A stretch of DNA of 64,000 bases from an archaeon. GTDB lineage: Archaea; Nanobdellota; Nanobdellia; SCGC-AAA011-G17; VGLX01. A program made the position numbers and the translations under genes. Each line of letters starts with the position of its first letter. Within the stretch, counting starts at the first letter, position 1. Shown here piece after piece: positions 45,810-54,246 of this stretch. The stretch is taken from the NCBI GenBank assembly GCA_043810595.1, contig JBDRNX010000032.1:38219-102218 (forward strand). The letters run 5' to 3'. The notes below the pieces were generated by a model, which ran no database searches, was not told the DNA's origin, and saw only the letters and a program-made list of their open reading frames with translations.

Positions 45810-48800
45810 GAACAGAGTTGATTGCATTTTTCTGTATGGCTTTAGTAATTTGCATTCCCCTGACTTTGGCTGCTGATACTCAGGAGGTACTTAAAGGGGC
45901 TGAGCCTGAATTCAAGAGTATCGATGTTGATGAGTTTGAGGAGCGTGAGACAGGGGAGTCTATAGTTGTTGAGGTTAAGTCTTACGAGCCCCAAGTTTTG
46001 GTAGCTTCTGCCATAGAGCAGGATGATGTTCCTGTGTTTGTTTTCTTGACAGGTACCACCCTCGGCAGTTACAAAGGACCGGAGTTTGTCAGTGAGGGCA
46101 GGCTTACTGTTGTTAAGGAGGGCGACATATTCTATGGTGTTCCCCCTATCAAAAACGTTTACATAAGCGAGCGTGATTATGATAGCAAGTACGTTCGGTC
46201 TGTTACCTACAAAAAACCTAAGAACAGTTTGTATTCTCTTGACAACCTCGGTTACTTGATTGTTAATCTCAAGCAGATTCCCAAGGAAGCCGACGTTCCT
46301 AACATTATAGATGCTAACATGACTGTCAGGATTGAGTTTGATATGGAAAGGAGTTATGGTATCGGTAGGCAGACTTTGATATTGAGTGAGGAGGCTAACG
46401 AGAAGACTTTCCTCAACAAGGTTGACTTAAGGGATAACATGGTTTTCTCCGGTAATGCTTATGTTCGTGCTGTTAAGATTTCTGACGATTCTGTTGACAT
46501 TATGGTTTATGACACTGCGTTGAAAGGTCTTGGTAGCAGGACTAACCTTAAGGTGGGACAGATTTCCAGTGCTATAACTTTGCGTGGTACTCATTCCAAC
46601 CTTGTCCAGGATCAGTTCAGGTTGCAGGTTGATTCTATCGTTGATCCTCAGCGTGAGTACGCTGAGGTCGAGGTCAGCATTGACGGTTCGTTGCCTGAGA
46701 AGAAGATTCTTTACAAGGGCTCTACTTTGTATCCTGGCTCTAGTGTGACAGTTTCTGATGTTAGTAAGATTGCATCAGGTAAGGAGATTATAGAGTCTGT
46801 TAGGGTAGCAGCAACTTCAGGAACTTACATAGCAAGCCGTAATTACACCAGCAAGTATAACATCCTTAATGCCGAGATGAATAAGGAGGCTTATGAAAAT
46901 AAGATTTATAAGAATGGTGCTGATCTTCAGGAGGTTCTTAAGATTAGTAACTTCAAGTTTGATGATTTGAAGAATGCTTTTGGATTTGATAGCATAACGT
47001 TTGATCCGATAACAGTTAATGCTTTGACGGTCGATCAGGATTACAAGCCGACTACAGTTACTGGGAAGGTTAAGACTCTTGCTAGTGTTCTTTCTGACTT
47101 GAAGCTTTCCCCTGAGATAGTTTTTGATGAAGCGAACAAGAAGGTGATAATAAAGATTTTCAAAATCGCAGAGAGGGAGCTTGCTGATCCTTGCACGAGC
47201 CAGGATTTGGTTTACACCCAGACTGCTTATTATAATGAGGCTGCCAGGAAAACCTTAATGGGCTTTTTTGATAAGGAGGGCAAGCTGTCCAATCAGGAGA
47301 AGAAGCGTTTGCTTTGTTCCGCTATTGATGTTTTCAAGAGGGTTTCTGCTTCTTATGGCAATGAGATGGACGAGAATAATAAGGTTCGTTACGGTGCCGA
47401 AGCTGATTACATGATCGGCAAGGGTTATGATGAGCTTTCCAAATTGGACGACATAGTTAATGGTGAAGTTGCTTCGACAAATGCATTGAATTATTATAGG
47501 CGGGCTCAGTCTGCGGGTTTCATAACTTCTGATATTCAAACTAAGATAGAGGAGTTCAGCACCAATTTGGTAACTGGTGTTGAGGGTCACGACATAGTTG
47601 TTGATGATAACGGTCACGAGGTTATTATACACTTGTTGCAGGTTGTTGATAAGACAGGAGCCCAACTTGATGCTTCTGCCCGCATTTCAGTAAACAACAA
47701 GGCTGCTACTGTTTTCAGGACAGGTGAATCTTTGTTCCCCGGTGAGCCTAAGGATATGGACAGATGCAGGATTAAGGAGATTAAGAGTTCCAGCGTTATC
47801 GTTGAAAACTGTCCTAAGCATGATAAAGATGGGAACACATTGAAGGATACTGCCCTGCCTGATATCACTTTGAAGGAAAACGTTCTCACTACAATTGAGA
47901 ATTACAGGGTGATACTTCTGGGTACTGAGATTAACAAGCAAGCAACAGTTACAGTGTTGCCAGGTTCTGGTAAGTCTATGTTCTCTGAATCAAGTTTCAT
48001 GTTGCACATACCTGTTGAGAAGCGGGCTATCAAGTTGAATCCTGATAAGATTGACGATAAGATTAACAAGACTGAAGAAACTATTAAAAAACTGAATGAG
48101 ATTATAACAAATCTTGATAAGCTTATCAAGTCCTGGAAGGCTGTCTGCCTTGCCACTTTTGCTTTCCTTACCATAAAGAATTCTTTCGGCTTATTCGGCG
48201 GAGGTGCTGCTAGGGTCAGGGCTAGGGAGAGAGTTATGGTTGACAGTGGTTGGAGGAAGTATTGTGAGACGGATTCCGGTCCTGGCAAGACCTACAAGAG
48301 TTATGACGAGTGTATTTTTGAGCATGCTGATAAGATCAATCAGAACATCGATGCTGTTCAGAAGGCTCTTGAGTCTGCTGATAATAGTTACGCTAAAGGT
48401 TCTGATAATGCAGCAGGTGTTGACATAAAGGGGATTAAGGATTTCCAGAAGTCTAGCGGCGAGGAGCTTTATTCCGAAGAGAATTTCAAGAATCTTGTTT
48501 ACCTGAAGGAGTTGAATGATGCCTGTTCCAGCGGCGTGGGAAGTTTTGGTAACGACGCTAAGGGCAAGCCTTACCCGAACACGTGTGCCGATGTTTCTAA
48601 GAAGTACTCTGATGCCTTGTTTGAGATTCAGAGCGCTAATACCAACCTTGGTGGTGCTCTTACCGAGTTTAAGGATAAGAAGCTTGACAGCTTCGAAGCT
48701 TGGAAGAAGGAGCATAAGGAAGGTGCTCTTGCTGATTTCCTTAACGAGAGAACTTCTGAGGTTAACAAGTTGAAGTCAGAATCTCAATTCAAGACTTATG

Positions 48801-51586
48801 TTGGTCGGACTTATAACTCTTTCACTACACAGAACAAGGCGGTGCCTGCTGAAGTGATAAAAGCCAGTGATAACAATTACTATTGGGTTACACCTTACGG
48901 TACTGCTAAGGTTGTTCCTGAAGCTGATGGAAAAACGTACACTTACACTTACGACAACAATCAAATTAAGTTGAGCCCAACCCCGCAGACAGCTGATAAG
49001 ACCTTGAAGGTTTCTTCTGTTATTTGGGATGCGAGTAAGACTACCGGTACCGCTTACAATCCTGATGGCATTTCCTATAAGGTTGCTGCAGATTCCAAAG
49101 GTAGGCCCCAGATTCAGGATGGACCTTTCAAAGATTACGTGGCAACCACTTATAACGAGGCTGCTCTTGGTGACTATGCTGGTTTGAGGCAGACTTACAG
49201 TGCTGGCGCATCTTATGAGTGTTATGAAGATAACAGGCCGTACTGCATTCCATTGAGCAAGGGTAACTTTGTCAAGGTTTTGGAATTTTACAAGGATGGC
49301 AGTCCGAAGACCATGAACATTTGGAATGTCGGTCCTGACGGCAGGCTTTGCACCGAAGATGACGTTCCTGCTGCCGGTGATCCCAAGTACAGCACTTGTG
49401 CTCACACTTCTGCTCTGATGACGAATTCTGACTGCAGCAGAGTTCTTTCTGAGGTTCAGTCTAAGATTAACTCTGCTACTAGGTACTGTCAGAGTAAGAA
49501 TCCTTTGCGTTCTGAAGACGGTCACACTTTTAAGCACAGCATTTCATCAGCTGCTCAGGAGTCTTATTCAAAGGCTGGTCATTGTGAGGATGCTATGGAG
49601 ATTGAGGATTGTAAGTTGATGTTTGCTGTTTGCGACCCTGTGATGTGTCCTCCTTCGAGGTTTAACCTTGCTGGTAACTGGCAGGTGGATGATGTTACCA
49701 AGACTGGAATAATCGGTTCCATCGTGCTTGGTTTGCCTAACTTCCCGACAGATCCCATACCAATATGCCTTACCGGTATTTCTGCTGGTTTGAAGAACAT
49801 AAGGTCTGTCTTCGAGGCTTACAGGGACTGTTTGGTTACGATGAAGGTGGAGGGTAAGTCTGTTGGTATTTGTGATAAGATCAGGTCTGTTTACATATGT
49901 CAGATTTTGTGGCAGGAGGCAATTGCTATTTTCAAGGTCAAGGGTGGGTTGCTTGACGTTGTAGGCGGTATGTTTGGTAATGCTGCTGGCGGTGGTGAGT
50001 ATTTCAGCTTTAGCGATAACTTTGCTAACGTCGAGAAGTCTGTTAATTATTTCACTCAGAGTTATGCTAGCTCTGTTTTCGCTGCTCATAAGGGTAAGTC
50101 TCTTGATGAGGTTGGCACAGAGATTTGTAAGTCTGCTGTGTACGGTCAGTTCCCAGGTTTGGGTGAATACTTTGATCATCTTACTGAGCCGGAAAACCCT
50201 CCGCAGTTTACTGCCTTGTTTGAGGAGATGCCTTATTCCGAGACTGAGAAGAAGTCGCAGTATTCTGTTTACTATCACATTTATGCGGGGACTGATGTTG
50301 AGGTTCAGTATTCTGTCTACTTGAAGAGTCCGACTAATAGGAAGTATTACGTTACCGAGCAGTGTGAGCGTCGTAACAGGAAGATTGAGAAGGGAAGCTT
50401 TGCTGATTACAGCATTACTTGCGTTACAGATACGGGTTATACTCAGATTTGTGTTGAGATTAACGGCAAGGAGGATTGCGGCTTCGGTAAGGTTAGCACT
50501 GCTTTCAGCTTGAATTATTTGAACGATATGGTGGTTAGTGATGAGGCAAAGAGGCAGATTACCAAGGCTGAGGATTGCGTTCCGGAATCCCCGAGGACTA
50601 GCCCTTCTCTCGGCTCTGTTGCTCTTCCAGGGCAGGTTAGTTTGCTCAGGACAGGTATTGTTAGGGTTTGCAGCTTTGACAATCCGGGCAAGGGTGCTAA
50701 TTACAGGAACTGGCAGCAGGTAGGTACCTGCATAGACAAGGACGGTAAGAGTTGGGGTAGCTGTTGGATGGACATGTCTACCGTTGACATTACGTCTGTT
50801 AGTGAGCGTTCCGAACTTCAGAAGGAACTTGAGAGTAGGGGTATACAGCTTGATGCTACGAAGAAGGGAATTCCCGAATCTGCTTTGCTGAAGGCTGATG
50901 CCAGCAAGGAGAAGATTCAGCAGGCTTACGATTCGATGTTGCTGAAGACTTGGCCGGATTACTTGAAGTCTCTTGCCCTGTTGCAGGAGGTTGTTGACCT
51001 CTCAATAGATCCTAACTCAATTGCTGATGCTTTGTACAAGATAGGTGTTATCTACTATGAGCTTGCTTTGACCACTCCAACAGCTGCGGAGTTGAAAGAG
51101 GCTGCTCAGGTTGTGCCTCCTAGCACTTCCACTATTACGACAACAACTCCTGAGGTTAAGAAAGAGGCTGAGATTTGTTACGATAAGAAGGATAACGACG
51201 GTGACGGTTGGTATGATTGTGAAGACCAAGATTGTGACGGCAAATATGCCGTGGAGTGCACTGACGCTAGTGATTGTGTTAACGCTCCTGTATGTAATTA
51301 TGAGAGGCGTAGTGCTTGCGTATGTACTTCTGGTCTTTGTTGTGATTTGGAAAACTGTGATTTCTACTCTAGTATTAACGTTTGTGATATTCAGTCTGCG
51401 TATGAGTGCCGCATGAGACAGAGCGGTGATGAGATACACAGGACTCTTACTATGACGTATTGTACTGGTAAGAGCAGTCAGTGTGATGGCGATACAGTTG
51501 TGGGTGAGCCTGAATTGTTTAAGACCTGTGGCTTAAATGAGGAGTGTAGGAGAGGGGAACCGGAGTGTTACCCCCTTTCAAAGTGA
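45806..51586 (+). CDS. Giant (1926 aa) surface protein with N-terminal signal peptide, one internal hydrophobic segment and a C-terminal Cys-rich domain
   Basis: ATGA overlap with the upstream gene. Hydrophobic AVCLATFAFLTI near aa 770. C-terminal ~130 aa has about 24 Cys (CYDKKDNDGDGWYDCEDQDCDGKYAVECTDASDC...). Confidence 0.5.
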   Translation: MRTELIAFFCMALVICIPLTLAADTQEVLKGAEPEFKSIDVDEFEERETGESIVVEVKSYEPQVLVASAIEQDDVPVFVFLTGTTLGSYKGPEFVSEGRLTVVKEGDIFYGVPPIKNVYISERDYDSKYVRSVTYKKPKNSLYSLDNLGYLIVNLKQIPKEADVPNIIDANMTVRIEFDMERSYGIGRQTLILSEEANEKTFLNKVDLRDNMVFSGNAYVRAVKISDDSVDIMVYDTALKGLGSRTNLKVGQISSAITLRGTHSNLVQDQFRLQVDSIVDPQREYAEVEVSIDGSLPEKKILYKGSTLYPGSSVTVSDVSKIASGKEIIESVRVAATSGTYIASRNYTSKYNILNAEMNKEAYENKIYKNGADLQEVLKISNFKFDDLKNAFGFDSITFDPITVNALTVDQDYKPTTVTGKVKTLASVLSDLKLSPEIVFDEANKKVIIKIFKIAERELADPCTSQDLVYTQTAYYNEAARKTLMGFFDKEGKLSNQEKKRLLCSAIDVFKRVSASYGNEMDENNKVRYGAEADYMIGKGYDELSKLDDIVNGEVASTNALNYYRRAQSAGFITSDIQTKIEEFSTNLVTGVEGHDIVVDDNGHEVIIHLLQVVDKTGAQLDASARISVNNKAATVFRTGESLFPGEPKDMDRCRIKEIKSSSVIVENCPKHDKDGNTLKDTALPDITLKENVLTTIENYRVILLGTEINKQATVTVLPGSGKSMFSESSFMLHIPVEKRAIKLNPDKIDDKINKTEETIKKLNEIITNLDKLIKSWKAVCLATFAFLTIKNSFGLFGGGAARVRARERVMVDSGWRKYCETDSGPGKTYKSYDECIFEHADKINQNIDAVQKALESADNSYAKGSDNAAGVDIKGIKDFQKSSGEELYSEENFKNLVYLKELNDACSSGVGSFGNDAKGKPYPNTCADVSKKYSDALFEIQSANTNLGGALTEFKDKKLDSFEAWKKEHKEGALADFLNERTSEVNKLKSESQFKTYVGRTYNSFTTQNKAVPAEVIKASDNNYYWVTPYGTAKVVPEADGKTYTYTYDNNQIKLSPTPQTADKTLKVSSVIWDASKTTGTAYNPDGISYKVAADSKGRPQIQDGPFKDYVATTYNEAALGDYAGLRQTYSAGASYECYEDNRPYCIPLSKGNFVKVLEFYKDGSPKTMNIWNVGPDGRLCTEDDVPAAGDPKYSTCAHTSALMTNSDCSRVLSEVQSKINSATRYCQSKNPLRSEDGHTFKHSISSAAQESYSKAGHCEDAMEIEDCKLMFAVCDPVMCPPSRFNLAGNWQVDDVTKTGIIGSIVLGLPNFPTDPIPICLTGISAGLKNIRSVFEAYRDCLVTMKVEGKSVGICDKIRSVYICQILWQEAIAIFKVKGGLLDVVGGMFGNAAGGGEYFSFSDNFANVEKSVNYFTQSYASSVFAAHKGKSLDEVGTEICKSAVYGQFPGLGEYFDHLTEPENPPQFTALFEEMPYSETEKKSQYSVYYHIYAGTDVEVQYSVYLKSPTNRKYYVTEQCERRNRKIEKGSFADYSITCVTDTGYTQICVEINGKEDCGFGKVSTAFSLNYLNDMVVSDEAKRQITKAEDCVPESPRTSPSLGSVALPGQVSLLRTGIVRVCSFDNPGKGANYRNWQQVGTCIDKDGKSWGSCWMDMSTVDITSVSERSELQKELESRGIQLDATKKGIPESALLKADASKEKIQQAYDSMLLKTWPDYLKSLALLQEVVDLSIDPNSIADALYKIGVIYYELALTTPTAAELKEAAQVVPPSTSTITTTTPEVKKEAEICYDKKDNDGDGWYDCEDQDCDGKYAVECTDASDCVNAPVCNYERRSACVCTSGLCCDLENCDFYSSINVCDIQSAYECRMRQSGDEIHRTLTMTYCTGKSSQCDGDTVVGEPELFKTCGLNEECRRGEPECYPLSK

Positions 51587-51587
51587 T

Positions 51588-52364
51588 ATGAAAAAGCCTA
51601 AATTTGTAAATTTTTTGAAGAAGAAGTTTGTTAAGGTTTACGTAGCTGATTTGTTGTTCTTTTCTCTGCTTCTCTGGTTTTTGGTTTATGCTCGCAATCG
51701 CATCTTTTCTTACTTGGTTGTAATTCAGCAGTTTACCCCTCAGCTTAACGATATCTACTCTTCGTTGAACATGGAAGATCCTGCGAGCGTTGCTCAGCTT
51801 GATGCGCTTTTGAAGGTGATAGAGCCAATAGTTACTGAGGCTAATTTTTTCATTTACTTTGTTGTTCCTGTTATGGTTTTCTTGATCTGGGTTTTTTTCC
51901 AGGGTCTCAGTTGGGGTTTGTTGAAGGAGGATTCTTTTAAGAAATCGCTTTACATACATTTTTACGTTAAGTTTGCCTTGCTCAGCATCCCTTTTTTTGT
52001 GGTTCTGTTTTTCTTGTTGAGGGGTTTCTTGGAGCTTACCGAGACTGTTAACCTTACCAAGTCCGTTATAATCTGGATTGTCTTGTTTATAGTGTTTTAT
52101 TTCACGTTGATTTCTTATCTGGTTATGAAAAAGAAGAAGCTGCTGTTTGACATCTTTGAAGTGGGTATTAAGAGGGCCAAGGTTTTTTTCCCTGCCTTCC
52201 TCCTTTTTATTGTTCTCTTCCTTATAGTTTTCGTGCTGTTCTTCAACGCTTACATCTCTGCCCTTTCCCTTGTGATGCCTTCTGCTTCGTCGATTATCTT
52301 GTTGTTGTTTTTTGTATTGCTGTTTAGTTCTTCTAAATGTCTTCTAGAATTTCTTTCAAAGTAG
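51588..52364 (+). CDS. Polytopic membrane protein, last gene of the giant-protein operon
   Basis: Six to seven TM helices. Starts 1 nt after the stop of the 1926-aa gene. Confidence 0.4.
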   Translation: MKKPKFVNFLKKKFVKVYVADLLFFSLLLWFLVYARNRIFSYLVVIQQFTPQLNDIYSSLNMEDPASVAQLDALLKVIEPIVTEANFFIYFVVPVMVFLIWVFFQGLSWGLLKEDSFKKSLYIHFYVKFALLSIPFFVVLFFLLRGFLELTETVNLTKSVIIWIVLFIVFYFTLISYLVMKKKKLLFDIFEVGIKRAKVFFPAFLLFIVLFLIVFVLFFNAYISALSLVMPSASSIILLLFFVLLFSSSKCLLEFLSK

Positions 52365-52367
52365 AGA

Positions 52368-52451
52368 TGCGGGAGACAGGATTTGAACCTGTGCAGGCAC
52401 TAAGCCACACGGCCCTGAACCGTGTTCGTTTGGCCGCTCCGACACTCCCGC
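52368..52451 (-). tRNA. tRNA-Leu(CAG), type II with long variable arm
   Basis: Hand-folded. Acceptor GCGGGAG/CTCCCGC. Anticodon arm CACGG-TTCAGGG-CCGTG. Variable arm GGC-TTAGT-GCC. T-arm ACAGG-TTCAAAT-CCTGT. A TTTAAAA box lies about 30 nt upstream. Confidence 0.75.
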
Positions 52452-52559
52452 ATATGTAGTATTGAGAAAACTTGGTCTTTAAAACTTTTTGTAAAGTCAT
52501 GATAAAACTTATTTTGTAGAATAATAATACTTTTAAATTGGTTATTCGCTAAATATTTT

Positions 52560-52823
52560 ATGACGTTAACAGATTTAGTTGTTTTGCAGTTTTCATCTAA
52601 CCCTTGCTACGTTGAAGTTGTTTCTCCAAAAAAAGTTAAGGGTTTAACAGTTTCAAAAACAAGTTATAGTTTTGGTAATTACAAAAATATTCCAATTGGC
52701 AAGGCTATTCATACTGATTCTGTTATTGGGGTTTATAACAGAAATAAAATAAGTCATTTGGATAGTATGGTACGCACTGCGACTGAAACTGTACATGTCT
52801 ATCATTCTCGTTTAGATGATTAA
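52560..52823 (+). CDS. Hypothetical small protein between the two tRNA-Leu genes
   Basis: ORF only. No ribosome-binding site noted. May be non-coding. Confidence 0.2.
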   Translation: MTLTDLVVLQFSSNPCYVEVVSPKKVKGLTVSKTSYSFGNYKNIPIGKAIHTDSVIGVYNRNKISHLDSMVRTATETVHVYHSRLDD

Positions 52824-52876
52824 TTTCTACGTGATTCGTGCAACTTGTGGTCTTATTAAAAGAATATGATAAAAAC

Positions 52877-52960
52877 TGCGGGAGACAGGATTTGAACCTG
52901 CGTAGGCACTAAGCCACACGGTCCTAAGCCGTGTCCGTTTGGCCGCTCCGGCACTCCCGC
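52877..52960 (-). tRNA. tRNA-Leu(UAG), type II
   Basis: Same scaffold as the CAG isoacceptor, with anticodon loop CTTAGGA. A TTTTAAAAA box lies about 30 nt upstream. Confidence 0.75.
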
Positions 52961-53010
52961 ATCAACTAAGAATTAGGTTTTTGTTGTTTTAAAAAGGTTT
53001 TGAAATAGAA

Positions 53011-53175
53011 TTATTTTTTCATCCAGTTGTAATGCCTCATCTTGCTGGATTTTCCGAAACCGCAGCTTGAGCACTTCTTCTTTCTTATGTGGTACGTGCG
53101 CTTTCCGCATCTCCTGCATCTGATGAAGTTCTTTTTGCCAGACTTCAAACCCATCGAAGCTGTTCCCTTTACCAT
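53011..53175 (-). CDS. rpl37e: Ribosomal protein L37e, 54 aa, missed by the ORF track
   Basis: Hand translation. MVKGTASMGLKSGKKNFIRCRRCGKRTYHIRKKKCSSCGFGKSSKMRHYNWMKK, a C4 zinc ribbon. Located immediately downstream of the Sm gene, as in most archaea. Confidence 0.8.
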   Translation of the reverse strand: MVKGTASMGLKSGKKNFIRCRRCGKRTYHIRKKKCSSCGFGKSSKMRHYNWMKK

Positions 53176-53182
53176 TTTTGCC

Positions 53183-53413
53183 TCAAGCTTGTGATATCAG
53201 AACTATCATGTCTCCTCTTACGAAGACATTGCCCAACTTTCTTTTCAGTTGTCCCTCGACATATTCCTCTGCGTCCATCACTACTACGTTTATGTGTATG
53301 TCGAATGCTTTCAACGTTCCAATTATCTGTTTCTGGTTCTTCAGCTCTATTATTACTCTCTTGTTCCTTGCAGCGTTTAATGCATCCAACGGTCTTTCTG
53401 GTTCCATAATCAT
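53183..53413 (-). CDS. Sm-like archaeal protein (SmAP/LSm)
   Basis: Sm1 and Sm2 motifs (VIIELKNQKQIIGTLKAFDIHINVVV...GNVFVRGDMIVLI). Confidence 0.8.
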   Translation of the reverse strand: MIMEPERPLDALNAARNKRVIIELKNQKQIIGTLKAFDIHINVVVMDAEEYVEGQLKRKLGNVFVRGDMIVLISQA

Positions 53414-53508
53414 TTTAGGTAATGCAGTTCTTTTTAAATCTTTCTAAAATCTTCTCGATGGAGTTTGAACCAAAAGTTATTTAAAGCCCTCATTTTTAGT
53501 TTGTATTT

Positions 53509-53889
53509 ATGGTTATCACTCAGCACAGAGCTAGGAGAAAAAGGTCTGGCGGTAGGTATAAGGCCTGGAGGAAGAAAAGGTTGAGAGAGTCAGGCAACAT
53601 TCCGGCTTATACGAAACTCGCTAAGAAAGTTGTTAAGTCTCACAGGACCGTTGGTAATAAGAGGAAGATTTTCCTTCTTTCTGCCGAGACTGCCAACGTT
53701 TATGATCCTAAGACTAAGAAGTATGAGCAGTTGAAGATCGGGACTATCGTTGAGAATCCTGCCAACAGGCATTTCATAAGGAGAAGCATAATCACTAAGG
53801 GTACTATAATAAAGACAGAAAAAGGAAATGCTCGTGTTATGAACAGGCCGGGTCAGGAAGGCGTTATCAACGCTGTTCTTGTTTCTTAG
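53509..53889 (+). CDS. rps8e: Ribosomal protein S8e
   Basis: RKRSGGRYKAWRKKR...NPANRHFIRRSIITKGTIIKTE...RPGQEGVINAVL. Confidence 0.8.
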   Translation: MVITQHRARRKRSGGRYKAWRKKRLRESGNIPAYTKLAKKVVKSHRTVGNKRKIFLLSAETANVYDPKTKKYEQLKIGTIVENPANRHFIRRSIITKGTIIKTEKGNARVMNRPGQEGVINAVLVS

Positions 53890-53948
53890 TTTCTAGTTGT
53901 TTTGAAGTTTTGGATAATTTTAAATAACATAAGATTTTATGCTATCAT

Positions 53949-54245
53949 ATGAAAGCTTGGTTTTTATTGCTCTGTTTTTTGGCTTTGTTTTTTGTAGGCT
54001 GTAGTCTGGATCAGCATCCTCAGCAGAGTAACTATGTTTTTGACAAGTCGAAGTTCTGTCCTGATTATGGTAACTGTCAGGATACCGGTGAGGATTCTAG
54101 GTTGTGTGAAAGTTCGGAAGATTGTACTGCCACTTGCGCTTATGGCTGTGTAAGTAAGAATTGGATGATAGGAAGGGGCGACTGCGAAGCGTTAGTGGGT
54201 TATACCTGTGAATGTGTTGATGGATTCTGTCAGGTTAAGAAATAG
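53949..54245 (+). CDS. Small secreted Cys-rich protein
   Basis: Signal peptide ending FFVGC. 12 Cys in 98 aa. Confidence 0.35.
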   Translation: MKAWFLLLCFLALFFVGCSLDQHPQQSNYVFDKSKFCPDYGNCQDTGEDSRLCESSEDCTATCAYGCVSKNWMIGRGDCEALVGYTCECVDGFCQVKK

Positions 54246-54246
54246 T

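Noticed and set aside
47255-50278. Multiple 70-250-aa ORFs on the minus strand inside the 1926-aa gene (47255-47665, 48191-48715, 48776-49537, 49568-50278 and others)
   Set aside because: They are antisense shadow ORFs within a long, continuous, clearly coding plus-strand frame. They are low complexity, with no ribosome-binding site or homology.
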